A stretch of DNA of 64,000 nucleotides. Source: an uncultured Poribacteria bacterium (GTDB lineage Bacteria; Poribacteria; WGA-4E; WGA-3G). How positions within the stretch are numbered: the first letter of the stretch is position 1; every line of letters starts with the position of its first letter. The DNA lies in the NCBI GenBank assembly GCA_958296135.2, contig CATQHZ020000001.1:1568001-1632000 (forward strand), given 5' to 3'. Below the pieces are notes generated by a model, which was not told the DNA's origin, did not search any database, and saw only the letters and a program-made list of their open reading frames with translations. A program made the translations under genes and the position numbers. This document shows positions 17,480-27,045 of this stretch, piece after piece.

Positions 17480-20251
17480 ATGAAAACGCCGCAACTTTCT
17501 ATCTTCATGCTGCTAATGATTTTTGCCGCGCTGCTGCCAACTGCCGCCGCGGATTACACGCAATGGCATTTGCCGGAAGGTGCCACCGCGCGCATCGGTA
17601 AAAGCGCAATAACGGATATTACCTATTCTCCAGATAACATGCGCATAGCAGTGGCGACGACAATCGGTGTCTGGCTCTACAATGCACAGACATACCAAGA
17701 AGTGGCTCTGATTACGGGGCATTCGCGGTTCCTCACGGCGATGGCGTTCTCACCGGATGGGAGGACGTTCGCGACTGCGTGTTACGATGATCCGGTCCAG
17801 ACCTGGGATGCACGCACCGGCCAGCACCTCGCGACGTTCACAAGATATGTCAGCGATGTGAACGCACTCGCCTATTCTCCTGATGGAGAGACGCTCGCTG
17901 TCGCGGATTCTGCGGAAATCCTGCTGTGGAACGCCAAAACCGGCAAACAGCGCGCTGTGCTGCGGGGACATGAGGGCATCGTAAAAATCATCGCCTTCTC
18001 GCCCGATGGGAAAACCTTATTCAGCGTAGGTTGGGACAAAACGATTCGACACTGGGATGCAGGCACAAGCGAAGCCTTGGATGTTACTGAGATAAAACTA
18101 GGCAATATCTCTGATATCGCGCTATCGCCAGACCGGAACCTGCTTGCCAGTACCGAGTATAACGACACAATCGAATGGTGGGCTATGCGAACAGGCCAAC
18201 ATCAAGCGGTTCTCATCGGCCATGAGCGGCGTGTCACTTCCATTCAATTCTCACCTGATGGCAGCCTCTTCGTCAGTGCAGGAAACAGGTGGGACGATGT
18301 TGCGTTTGAGTCTGTCAGTGAGATTCGGGTGTGGAATGCCCATACGGGTGAACACCACGTAACGCTTGATGGGCATCAGCGCGAGGTAAACTCCCTCGCG
18401 TTTTCACCGGATAGCAAAACGCTCGTCAGTGCAAGTTCAACCGAGGTGTTGTTATGGGATACACACACGTGGCAATTGCAAGACACACAGCACCGGTTTC
18501 AAGGACATACGCAGTCGGTTGAGTCCCTTGTTTTCTCACCAGATGGCACCACGCTCGCAAGCGGCATTGGGAACGAAGTCTGGCTGTGGAACGCACAAAC
18601 TGGAAGACTGCGGGATATTCTCGCTGACCATTGGCTGATTGTTGAGTCGTTAACATTCTCACCAGATGGGCAGTTACTTGCCAGTGGGAGTGTAGAGGAA
18701 GCTGTGTTACAGGAAATAGCCACCGGACGATATGTCCCATGGATTAGACTGCCCGGTAACTGGAGTTCCCCTGTCGTATTCTCACCGAATGGACAAACGC
18801 TCGCGATTCGGAGATTTGACGGGCCAATCTGGTTGCGGGATGTAGATACAGGAGCGTTGCAGGTTATTCTTGAAGAGGATAACTATTTGGTTGATGCCTT
18901 AGTCTTTTCGTCTGATGGCAAAACCCTTGCTGGCACAGGCAGAGAGGGGGAGATTTGGCTGTGGGACGCTCAGACTGGCAAACGACACGATACTCTCTAT
19001 GGGCACAGAAATCCTGTCTATTCCCTCAGCTTCTCGCCCGATAGCAAAACCCTCGCCAGCAGCAGTGGAGATCAGACAATTCGGCTGTGGAATGTAGAGA
19101 ACGTAGAAAATGGCCGTTTCAGAAGTTTCCTCAGGGGACATAGCGATGCTGTGCTCTCTGTCGCCTTTTCGCCGGATGGGCACACGCTTGCTAGCGGCAG
19201 TGCCGACGGAACAGTTCGGTTATGGGACACAGGTTCTCCTCGGCACCGCGCCACGCTGAGTGGACAGCCGTATGGTGTGACTTCCGTTGCCTTTTCACCC
19301 GATGGACGCACGCTTGCGAGTGGCAGTTGGGATGGCACAATACTTTTGTGGAAATTGCAGCAGTCTACTGCGGCTTTTGTTCACATCACTCCTTCTCATG
19401 TAGAGGCACCCCCGATTGGCGAGCAGATTCGCGTTGACGTTGACATCGCCGATGGGCAAGACGTGCGCGGCTATCAATTCACCGTGCAGTTTGAGCCCTC
19501 TTCTCTACGCTATATTTCTAGCACCAATAGCGGCTATTTGCCCGGCGACGCATTCTTTGTGCCGCCCATCGTTAACGGGGAGGAGGTAACACTCATATCC
19601 ACTTCTCCTGCCGGTGTCGGCAGCGGCGATGGAACGCTCGCCACACTTACGTTTGAGGTAATTGGAAGAGAAACCTCAACGCTGACACTCACTGAAGTTC
19701 TCCTCTCCGATAGTGAGGGGGAGCCCTCAGCGTCCTTCGTCCAAAACGGGTGGCTCATTGAACCGCCGTGGGATGTTAACTTTGATGGGAGTGTGAACGT
19801 CCAAGATTTAGCAATTGTCGCTGCACATTTCGGAGAAGCGAACGCAGGTGCTGCAGATGTCAACCAGGATGGCGTTGTCGATATCCGGGACCTCGTCGTG
19901 GTTGCCAGTGGGTTGAATGTCGCTAGAGGTGCGGCACCGGAGCAGTTCGTCCTGCCGACAGAAACGGTGCTGTTACCCAATTATCCCAATCCGTTCAATC
20001 CAGAAACGTGGATGCCCTATCGGTTGGCGGTGGGAGCGGATGTCACGCTGACGCTTTATGATGTTCGCGGAAAAGTCGTGCGGCATTTGGCATTGGGCTA
20101 TCAACCTGCTGGCATTTATCAACACCGGAGCCGGGCAGCGTATTGGGATGGGAAAAATGCCATCGGCGAGCCTGTCGCAAGCGGCATCTATTTTTATACC
20201 CTAACGGCAGGGGATTTCAGTGCAACTCAAAAGATGTTGATAAGGAAATGA
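17480..20251 (+). CDS. Secreted WD40-repeat protein with cohesin, dockerin and FlgD/Ig C-terminal domains
   Basis: Signal peptide; about 14 WD40 repeats; cohesin-like GYQFTVQF..GDGTLATLTF; dockerin DVNFDG/DVNQDG; NYPNPFNPETW tail. Confidence 0.9.
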   Translation: MKTPQLSIFMLLMIFAALLPTAAADYTQWHLPEGATARIGKSAITDITYSPDNMRIAVATTIGVWLYNAQTYQEVALITGHSRFLTAMAFSPDGRTFATACYDDPVQTWDARTGQHLATFTRYVSDVNALAYSPDGETLAVADSAEILLWNAKTGKQRAVLRGHEGIVKIIAFSPDGKTLFSVGWDKTIRHWDAGTSEALDVTEIKLGNISDIALSPDRNLLASTEYNDTIEWWAMRTGQHQAVLIGHERRVTSIQFSPDGSLFVSAGNRWDDVAFESVSEIRVWNAHTGEHHVTLDGHQREVNSLAFSPDSKTLVSASSTEVLLWDTHTWQLQDTQHRFQGHTQSVESLVFSPDGTTLASGIGNEVWLWNAQTGRLRDILADHWLIVESLTFSPDGQLLASGSVEEAVLQEIATGRYVPWIRLPGNWSSPVVFSPNGQTLAIRRFDGPIWLRDVDTGALQVILEEDNYLVDALVFSSDGKTLAGTGREGEIWLWDAQTGKRHDTLYGHRNPVYSLSFSPDSKTLASSSGDQTIRLWNVENVENGRFRSFLRGHSDAVLSVAFSPDGHTLASGSADGTVRLWDTGSPRHRATLSGQPYGVTSVAFSPDGRTLASGSWDGTILLWKLQQSTAAFVHITPSHVEAPPIGEQIRVDVDIADGQDVRGYQFTVQFEPSSLRYISSTNSGYLPGDAFFVPPIVNGEEVTLISTSPAGVGSGDGTLATLTFEVIGRETSTLTLTEVLLSDSEGEPSASFVQNGWLIEPPWDVNFDGSVNVQDLAIVAAHFGEANAGAADVNQDGVVDIRDLVVVASGLNVARGAAPEQFVLPTETVLLPNYPNPFNPETWMPYRLAVGADVTLTLYDVRGKVVRHLALGYQPAGIYQHRSRAAYWDGKNAIGEPVASGIYFYTLTAGDFSATQKMLIRK

Positions 20252-20319
20252 ACCTATGAAGATTCAGAAAAGAAATAGGGTTTTTGGCAGGAGGCTTGCG
20301 CCGTAATTCCCTTGGAACA

Positions 20320-20502
20320 GAGGGCGGGGCCTGTCCCCGGCGTGCACCGTAGTCCGGCGAGGGGAACCCTCGGCGATTCGTGATCGCCGGGCCCTCGCCC
20401 TACGTTTCTGTGGGATGGTTACTGAAGGCCCCGGCTATAATTGTAGGAGAGCCCTCCCGGTCGCGATTCCTCCCGGTAGGAGAGCCCTCCCGGTCTTGAT
20501 AT
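20320..20502. repeat. REP cluster of two families
   Basis: ggcgagggg..ccctcgccctac and two copies of gtaggagagccctcccggtc. Confidence 0.75.
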
Positions 20503-20526
20503 GGAACCGAGGTCTCCTATGAAATG

Positions 20527-21309
20527 CTATTGGGATGCCCCGAGGTTGACGTAATCGCCTCGCAACTCAAAGAGGAGCGTGCTCACGCTGCTCGCCCGGT
20601 TCGGCAACTCCGCATTAATAGCCTTCACTACCTCTAACTCTTGGTAAGTGTTTGCGTCTTCAATGCTGTCGAATTCAGATTCAACGAACCGGTGTGGCGA
20701 TTCACCGTAGTAGTTATCGTAAGAGGCGACGCGCTTGAGTTGTTCCGGTTCAGACGATTTCGGTGCCAAGGTCGCGATCCAGTCCAGATATGCGGCTTTG
20801 CCACCGAGCGGATAGTTGATGAGGTAGACTGTCTTAATCGTGCGGCTTGTCTCCAGTGCCTTCGTGTAATCCGAACGCTGGATGAAAAAGTAGACGTTCG
20901 ATTCACTGGTGTGGTCCGGTAGTGCAGCAAGGATTTCGGCAATCTCCGGACGATTCATGTAGTGCATCGCGTCGGCGAGATTTGCGAATTCAAACTCAAC
21001 GAGTCGATGCGGGGCCTCACCGTAGTAGTTGTCGTAAGAGGCGACGCGTTGGAGCTCTTCCGGGGCGGAGATGACTGGCACGACCGTCGCGACCCAGGCG
21101 AGATACGCCTCTTTCCCACCGAGCGGATAGTTGACGAACAATACCACTTTGGCAGGGGGCCCTTCCATCTCCGGTACAGCCGCTTCAACGCCCGGGTCTG
21201 CCGGCTGCATGGCTGTGCCTGTGATAACTTGCTGTGCTGAATCACAGCCGATGAAAGCCACCAAGACGGTGAGTATCAGCAGTGTTCCTAACTTCAATGT
21301 TGTTTGCAT
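20527..21309 (-). CDS. Lipoprotein with two tandem dimeric alpha-beta barrel (EthD/Dabb-like) repeats
   Basis: Lipobox FIGC; NYPLGGK.AYL.W...RVASYDNYYGE.PHR.VE occurs twice. Confidence 0.7.
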   Translation of the reverse strand: MQTTLKLGTLLILTVLVAFIGCDSAQQVITGTAMQPADPGVEAAVPEMEGPPAKVVLFVNYPLGGKEAYLAWVATVVPVISAPEELQRVASYDNYYGEAPHRLVEFEFANLADAMHYMNRPEIAEILAALPDHTSESNVYFFIQRSDYTKALETSRTIKTVYLINYPLGGKAAYLDWIATLAPKSSEPEQLKRVASYDNYYGESPHRFVESEFDSIEDANTYQELEVVKAINAELPNRASSVSTLLFELRGDYVNLGASQ

Positions 21310-21450
21310 ATTAGATTCCTTATTAAGATTAAAATGAGGATAGGGAGCACTCGGCGGGCTGCGCGCGAGCGCGCCTACCGATAATAATAGATTTGCTCCG
21401 TTATAGACGTTTAAAGTTTATCATATCATCTGATAAAATGCAATCGTATT

Positions 21451-21993
21451 TTACGATTTCCAGATTTTCTCCGGGGCCTCCAAGCGATGATTCACCACGC
21501 GCGCCAGCACGAACAACAGATCCGAGAGCCGATTGAGGTAACGGATGGCTTCAGGATTAACCAATTCTTCATTCACCAGGCGCACAACACAACGTTCGCT
21601 TCGGCGGCACACAGTGCGCGCGATATGCAAAACCGCGCCACTCGGACAACCGCCCGGCAGGATAAAATTTGTCAGCGGCGGCAGTTCCGCCGAAATCTTG
21701 TCAATCGCTTCCTCCATCTCTATTGTGAAATCCGCGGAGATACGCAGCTCGGCTGACTTGGTATGAGTCACCGGTGTCGCCAAATCCGCGCCTAACGAAA
21801 AAAGATGGTTCTGAATTTTCGCGAGGAGCTCGGAAACGTCGGCGTTTGCAAGCAACGTTTGTGCATAGCCGATGTAGGCGTTGAGTTCATCAACCGCGCC
21901 GATTGCTTCGATGCGTAGCGCATCCTTCCGGGTCCGCGTGCCGCCGTAGAGCGCGGTATCGCCTGCATCCCCAAATTTTGTATAGATTTTCAT
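21451..21993 (-). CDS. ATP:cob(I)alamin adenosyltransferase (PduO type)
   Basis: KIYTKFGDAG, DELN, RTVCRRSER and YLNRLSD motifs. Confidence 0.95.
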   Translation of the reverse strand: MKIYTKFGDAGDTALYGGTRTRKDALRIEAIGAVDELNAYIGYAQTLLANADVSELLAKIQNHLFSLGADLATPVTHTKSAELRISADFTIEMEEAIDKISAELPPLTNFILPGGCPSGAVLHIARTVCRRSERCVVRLVNEELVNPEAIRYLNRLSDLLFVLARVVNHRLEAPEKIWKS

Positions 21994-22073
21994 GTCGGTT
22001 TAGTTTATACTCTTTTAAAAAAGTCAAGAAATCGGGACCGGGAGGTCCCTCCTACAGCTTGGGAGTCAAACGC

Positions 22074-23405
22074 ATGATGCAGACTGTGATTGAAAACGTC
22101 AACGTCGTCGATTTGCGCGTGCCGACATCGGATACGCTGCTGGGTTCCGATCCGTTTCACAAAAAACCGAACTATTCCGCTGTGCTTACAACGCTAGAAA
22201 CGAACACGGGACACACCGGTATCTCTGTCGCCTTTACTGCTGGCGCAGGCAACGACTGGATTGCCTACGGTGTTCGAGACCTCGGGCAACTGCTGAGCGG
22301 CATGTCTCTTGATACCTTCGTCAATGACCCGGGTGAGTTCCATCGGCTTCTCATCGATCATCATCAGTTACGCTGGCTTGCCGACGGTGTCAACCGCATG
22401 GCGGCGGGAAGCGTCGTTAATGCAATGTGGGATTTGTGGGCAAAACACGCCGAAAAGCCGATGTGGAAACTTCTCGTGGATTTGCCACCGGAAAAGATTG
22501 TCCAGTGCATCGATTGGCGGTATCTCCGAGATGCCCTCACTCCCGATGAGGCACTCCAAATTCTCAATGGTAACCGGGGTGGCACGCGCCAGCGCGAACA
22601 AGCACTCCAGCAATCCGGCCCGAAGGCATATTCCACGGCCGGCTGGCTCGGCTTAACCGATGCACAGATTATTGAGACGGTGAACCAGGTCAAAGCACTC
22701 GGTTTTGACTGCTTCAAAATGAAGGTTGGCCAAGAACTCGGGTTTGATAAGCGGCGGCTCGCCTTTATTCGGGAGGCAATCGGCGAGGAGGCGCGCTTAA
22801 TGCTGGATGCCAACCAGATCTGGGGTGTTGACGAAGCCATCGCCTACATGGAAGAATTAACGGCGTTCAACCCGACATGGATCGAAGAGCCTACCGCGCG
22901 CGACGATGTGCTCGGCTTTGTGAAGATTTCGCGTGCGTTAGAAAAACACGGCATCGGTGTCGCGGCGGGAGAGCAGGTGCCGTCGCCTGTCGTCTTCAAG
23001 CAGTTGCTCACCAGCGGTGGCATCCAGTATTGCCAGATCGATGCGACGCGTCTTGCCGGCGTGAACGACGTGTTGGCAATCATTTTAATTGCCGCGAAGT
23101 TTGGCGTGCCGGTCTGTCCGCACGGCGGCGGCATCGGGCTCTGCAACATGATCCAACACTATGCAATGTGGGATCAGATTTGCGTTTCGGCGCGCTCTGA
23201 TACACAGGTTGTAGAATACTTAAACTTCCTGCAAGAGGACGTTTTTCTTGAACCGATTCAGGTTCAGCAAGGTGCGTACGTCGCGCCGACTGCCCCTGGC
23301 TGGGGACTTGAGATGCACGCGGAATTCGTCGCCGCGCATACGTATCCAAGCGGTTCGGTCTGGCGGGGCCGCGAGGCATCGGGAGGTGTGACGTTTTTGG
23401 CATAG
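22074..23405 (+). CDS. L-fuconate dehydratase-like (enolase superfamily)
   Basis: GSDPFH, AGWLG, KMKVG, DANQIW, WIEEP and VCPHGGG motifs. Confidence 0.88.
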   Translation: MMQTVIENVNVVDLRVPTSDTLLGSDPFHKKPNYSAVLTTLETNTGHTGISVAFTAGAGNDWIAYGVRDLGQLLSGMSLDTFVNDPGEFHRLLIDHHQLRWLADGVNRMAAGSVVNAMWDLWAKHAEKPMWKLLVDLPPEKIVQCIDWRYLRDALTPDEALQILNGNRGGTRQREQALQQSGPKAYSTAGWLGLTDAQIIETVNQVKALGFDCFKMKVGQELGFDKRRLAFIREAIGEEARLMLDANQIWGVDEAIAYMEELTAFNPTWIEEPTARDDVLGFVKISRALEKHGIGVAAGEQVPSPVVFKQLLTSGGIQYCQIDATRLAGVNDVLAIILIAAKFGVPVCPHGGGIGLCNMIQHYAMWDQICVSARSDTQVVEYLNFLQEDVFLEPIQVQQGAYVAPTAPGWGLEMHAEFVAAHTYPSGSVWRGREASGGVTFLA

Positions 23406-23413
23406 TCAAGCTG

Positions 23414-24172
23414 TCACAGTTTGGCACTTTCTGCGGCGCATTTATATGCCGCCGCGCCGGACGCTATCCAGTTACCAACGCCTGTCATCAGAAACCGAAC
23501 GCCGGCCTGCACATATTTTTCGACGGTGGCATTCGTCGTCAGTGTCCCTGCGACGCGTCCCGCTGCTTGGATACGCGCGAGCGTCTCATCAAGCGTGCTT
23601 TGCACATCAGGATGTTCATAGTTGCCGATGTGCCCCATGGAAGTTGCCAAATCAGACGGCGCGACGAAGAAAACGTCAATATGCTCTACGGTGAGAATCT
23701 CGTCTAAATTGTTAACGGCGGCAATATCCTCAACGAGGACGACGATAAGTGTCTGCGAATTCGCTTCCGCGAAATAGTTGTCCACGCCGTAGCCTTGCCG
23801 ACTCGTATACATCCCGCGATGCCCGAGCGGCGCGAACTTCGCGCCATCAACGACGTTTTGTGCCTCCGCCTTCGTGTTGACATGCGGCATCGCGATGCCC
23901 ATCGCGCCGCAATCCAGCGTGCGGTAGATAAGCCCCTGGTCATTCCGATTGACGCGCACGAGGGATGTCATTCCCCACAAATCGCAGGCGCGCGTCAAAT
24001 CGCCGAGTTGCGCGGGGCCTACGTGGGCGTGTTCGCCTTCTAACCACACGCCGTCAAATCCGACCGGTCCGAAAGCGTCGATGTCGTCGGCGTTCGTCAG
24101 GCCGGAGACGACGTATGCGAGTTCGCCGGTTGCTAGTTTCTGCTTAATTCGATTCGGTCTGAGTGTTGCCAT
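23414..24172 (-). CDS. HpcH/HpaI aldolase family protein
   Basis: WLEGEH, LVRV, KFAPLGHRG and FFVAPSDL motifs. Confidence 0.88.
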   Translation of the reverse strand: MATLRPNRIKQKLATGELAYVVSGLTNADDIDAFGPVGFDGVWLEGEHAHVGPAQLGDLTRACDLWGMTSLVRVNRNDQGLIYRTLDCGAMGIAMPHVNTKAEAQNVVDGAKFAPLGHRGMYTSRQGYGVDNYFAEANSQTLIVVLVEDIAAVNNLDEILTVEHIDVFFVAPSDLATSMGHIGNYEHPDVQSTLDETLARIQAAGRVAGTLTTNATVEKYVQAGVRFLMTGVGNWIASGAAAYKCAAESAKL

Positions 24173-24213
24173 AAATTCCCCCTGTCAATTATGGGAGCGT
24201 GATGAGGAAACTG

Positions 24214-25212
24214 TTATTCTTCATTTTCCTCTTCGGGTTGCCAATCGTTGGCATTGAGGTTCTGGATACGCGGCCTGAACACCCTATCAAAAAGTTCAAG
24301 TTTCTCGGCGAGCCAAGCGTGCTGATTTGGCCAGTCAGCTTCGTCGGTTGGGTCTATGTTATGTCTGTTTAAGACTACAGCATTAGACTCCTCTATCCAC
24401 TCAAGTTGTACGTCTTCACACAACTCGCTGATTTCGTCCTCAATTTCCGCTTGATTTACCATCAAAAGGTTGAAATGTGCTGAGGTGTTTGGCCCGAACA
24501 TGTCAAGGCGGACGACTAACCGATTCCCTAACGTGCTCATTAAGGCCTTCAACCTAAACCCAGCTCTGCCGATAGGAAAAAACACGAAGCCTACCGAAAC
24601 AGGATTGGGAGCATTGATCTGGCGATTTGTCTGATTCACGTGTTCGCCGAATGCAGTCCAGAATCTTTGCCGGAGTAGTGGAGGTCCAGATAACTCTTCG
24701 CTCCCGGCTCGTTGCACGCTCTGACTCACAGCACGGCTCCAATTATTGGGTATGGAAACGATATTGAATTTCGGGGCGGCGCGCGAATCTCCGATTCTCC
24801 ACAGTTCAATTTCCACGCCGAAGTACCGATAGCGTTCATCCGTAATCGCGTTCTGTCTGTCAAGAACTGCGCGGTGCTCATCCCTGAAATTCTTTGCAAT
24901 CCAGACGACGGTAGCTGCATCTAACCCTGTCATATACTCCAAGAGTCGCCCAAGGTGATTAGAGTCCGTTTCTTCTAACTGATTCTCTATTATCACCTGT
25001 GAGTCGTCCTCCGTACTACGGCACAGAAGATCGACAATGCCGCCAAATCCGAGTCTTACCTCACGTCCTTCAAGCTCAAGTTCCATGTCCAGCGTTTTCG
25101 CAAGGATAGATAGGTTTTCTTCCTCAGCCAACCACGGTGTAAAGTCTGTCGCTTCGTTAGGCCAGACCTCTCGTAATTCAACTCGCTCAAGGCGACCAAG
25201 TTCGTTATACAT
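24214..25212 (-). CDS. DUF4268-domain protein with N-terminal NucS-like PD-(D/E)XK nuclease domain
   Basis: EVWPNEATDFTPWL, VDLLC..IIENQL and DWPNQHAWL motifs. Confidence 0.8.
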   Translation of the reverse strand: MYNELGRLERVELREVWPNEATDFTPWLAEEENLSILAKTLDMELELEGREVRLGFGGIVDLLCRSTEDDSQVIIENQLEETDSNHLGRLLEYMTGLDAATVVWIAKNFRDEHRAVLDRQNAITDERYRYFGVEIELWRIGDSRAAPKFNIVSIPNNWSRAVSQSVQRAGSEELSGPPLLRQRFWTAFGEHVNQTNRQINAPNPVSVGFVFFPIGRAGFRLKALMSTLGNRLVVRLDMFGPNTSAHFNLLMVNQAEIEDEISELCEDVQLEWIEESNAVVLNRHNIDPTDEADWPNQHAWLAEKLELFDRVFRPRIQNLNANDWQPEEENEE

Positions 25213-25308
25213 TAGGTGTTAGGTTCTCCTTTGGAATATCGTAAAAGCGATCTGATAACCGCTACATCTATTATAGCATAAATCGCGAATTTTTTGCTAA
25301 TTATTTTT

Positions 25309-26286
25309 CTAGAAAACTGTCCCTTTAACCGTAGGGCGAGGGCCTGAGACGGTTTCTTCACAAATGCGCGGGACGAAGACTGCTGTGAACCGTTCAAGCA
25401 TCTCGGCGAGCCAAGCGTGCTGATTTTGCCACTCCGTTTCGTCCGTTGGATCGGTGTCGTCCTTGCGCAAGGTGACGCGGCACGGATTTTGTCCAAACGA
25501 TTCTGTCCATTCCAGTGCCGCGCCGATTTCGCGTTCGATCTCCTCTCGCTGCGCTATCAGTTGATGGAAGTGCGCAGCGGCAGTCGGCCCGGAAATATAG
25601 AGCCGAACGCCGATGTGTCGCTTTTTCACCTCCCGCATCGCCGATAATTTGAAACCGGGGATGCCGAGGAGGAAGATGAGATAGGAACGTGGCGGCATCT
25701 TCATTGGCTTGAGAGGACTTTTTGTTTCGGTGAGATATGCGCGGAAATCGTGCCAGAATTTTTCACGTTGTTGCTGCGGCGTGGATGGGACGATGAAATG
25801 TGCATCGGTTGGCATCGCGGGGCCGCTCCAGTCTTCTGGTGCAGAGACGACGGTAAATTCTGGCATCGGGAGTGACTCTCCACGCTGCCACACGGCGATA
25901 ACGACACCGAAGAATTGGAAGCGTTCCGGTGTCATCTCATTGAGCCAGTTAAGAGCAGCGAGGTGTTCATCCGTGAATTCTGTCGAGATCCAGACGATGG
26001 TGGCCGCTTCCAATCCGGCGGTGTATGTTAGGATTTGGCCGAGGTGCGTGTGGTCTGTCGCTTCCAACTGGTTTTCGATGAGCACACGTGTGTTGTCAGC
26101 GCGGTTGCGGCACAGGATGTCGGCCCGAAATTGTCCGACGTTTTTCTCCTGTGCCTCAAATTGGAGTTCTATGTCCAATGCCTCGGCGAGGATGGCGAGG
26201 TTTTCCGGCTTGGCGAGCCAGGGGGTGAAGTCTTTTGCTTCGTCGGGCCAGATATCGCGTGGATTTAGGCGGATAGGTTCTAGCAT
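25309..26286 (-). CDS. DUF4268-domain protein, paralog of 24214-25212
   Basis: IWPDEAKDFTPWL, ADILC..LIENQL, HLGQILTY and WQNQHAWL motifs. Confidence 0.8.
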   Translation of the reverse strand: MLEPIRLNPRDIWPDEAKDFTPWLAKPENLAILAEALDIELQFEAQEKNVGQFRADILCRNRADNTRVLIENQLEATDHTHLGQILTYTAGLEAATIVWISTEFTDEHLAALNWLNEMTPERFQFFGVVIAVWQRGESLPMPEFTVVSAPEDWSGPAMPTDAHFIVPSTPQQQREKFWHDFRAYLTETKSPLKPMKMPPRSYLIFLLGIPGFKLSAMREVKKRHIGVRLYISGPTAAAHFHQLIAQREEIEREIGAALEWTESFGQNPCRVTLRKDDTDPTDETEWQNQHAWLAEMLERFTAVFVPRICEETVSGPRPTVKGTVF

Positions 26287-26340
26287 TAGACTTTAAATCC
26301 TTTATTTCACTTTGCCAAGGTCTTGAGAATCCGTTTTCCA

Positions 26341-26985
26341 TCAAGCGTTATCGCCTTGGTCAATGCTCCTAAGTAACAACATGCCCAAGGCAGTAATTTG
26401 AGAAGACCCGGCCTTCATCATACCCGTCCGCTTGAGCAACCCTAAGCGGACGAGATTCACTTTGTGAGTCTCATAAATCGCGCCTTTATCAATCACTTCT
26501 TGTGGTGATCCCAGATGCACGATCGGCGGAGTTAAGGCATCTTGATGTTTTCTCCGAAACTCCTGCTGCTGAGCGATGCCCATCGAGTAAGATTTCAAGA
26601 TCAACACCTCAATGTCGCTTAGTTCGCCAAGCAGAAACAGCAACCGTTTACACGCGATATGTTCTAAATCTTCGGCGGTTAAACTTTTCTTTAGCAGGGA
26701 GGCAATGTGGTCGATCCGTTCGTCTGATAGCGCGCGTGCTGCCAGAAGAAACCCGTCTTCCATTAAATCGACAGACTTCTCCTCAAGGATCCTTTCCTCG
26801 ACCTTAGCCCTCTCTTCTGCGTCAATTTTTAGTTCAAGGGCTTTGAGAAGAGATGCGATTCTGTCAATTCTCTGATTGGGAATCAGGTTTCCAACGATTT
26901 CCCCGGCCAAGGGGCCCACAAAGGGGATTGCGCCGAAGAATCCCTTTCCAAGAATTGCAGCTATATCGTTCTTGTTATGGTCCAT
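26341..26985 (-). CDS. Hypothetical protein (Abi-alpha/DUF4393-like, C-terminal winged helix)
   Basis: GAIPFVGP N-terminus; LVRLGLL..ITALG winged-helix-like end. Confidence 0.6.
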   Translation of the reverse strand: MDHNKNDIAAILGKGFFGAIPFVGPLAGEIVGNLIPNQRIDRIASLLKALELKIDAEERAKVEERILEEKSVDLMEDGFLLAARALSDERIDHIASLLKKSLTAEDLEHIACKRLLFLLGELSDIEVLILKSYSMGIAQQQEFRRKHQDALTPPIVHLGSPQEVIDKGAIYETHKVNLVRLGLLKRTGMMKAGSSQITALGMLLLRSIDQGDNA

Positions 26986-27045
26986 TATTTTCTCCGTTTA
27001 ACAATCTGCGGATTTGCCCGACAACAAAGTTCCTTATGAACCGTT

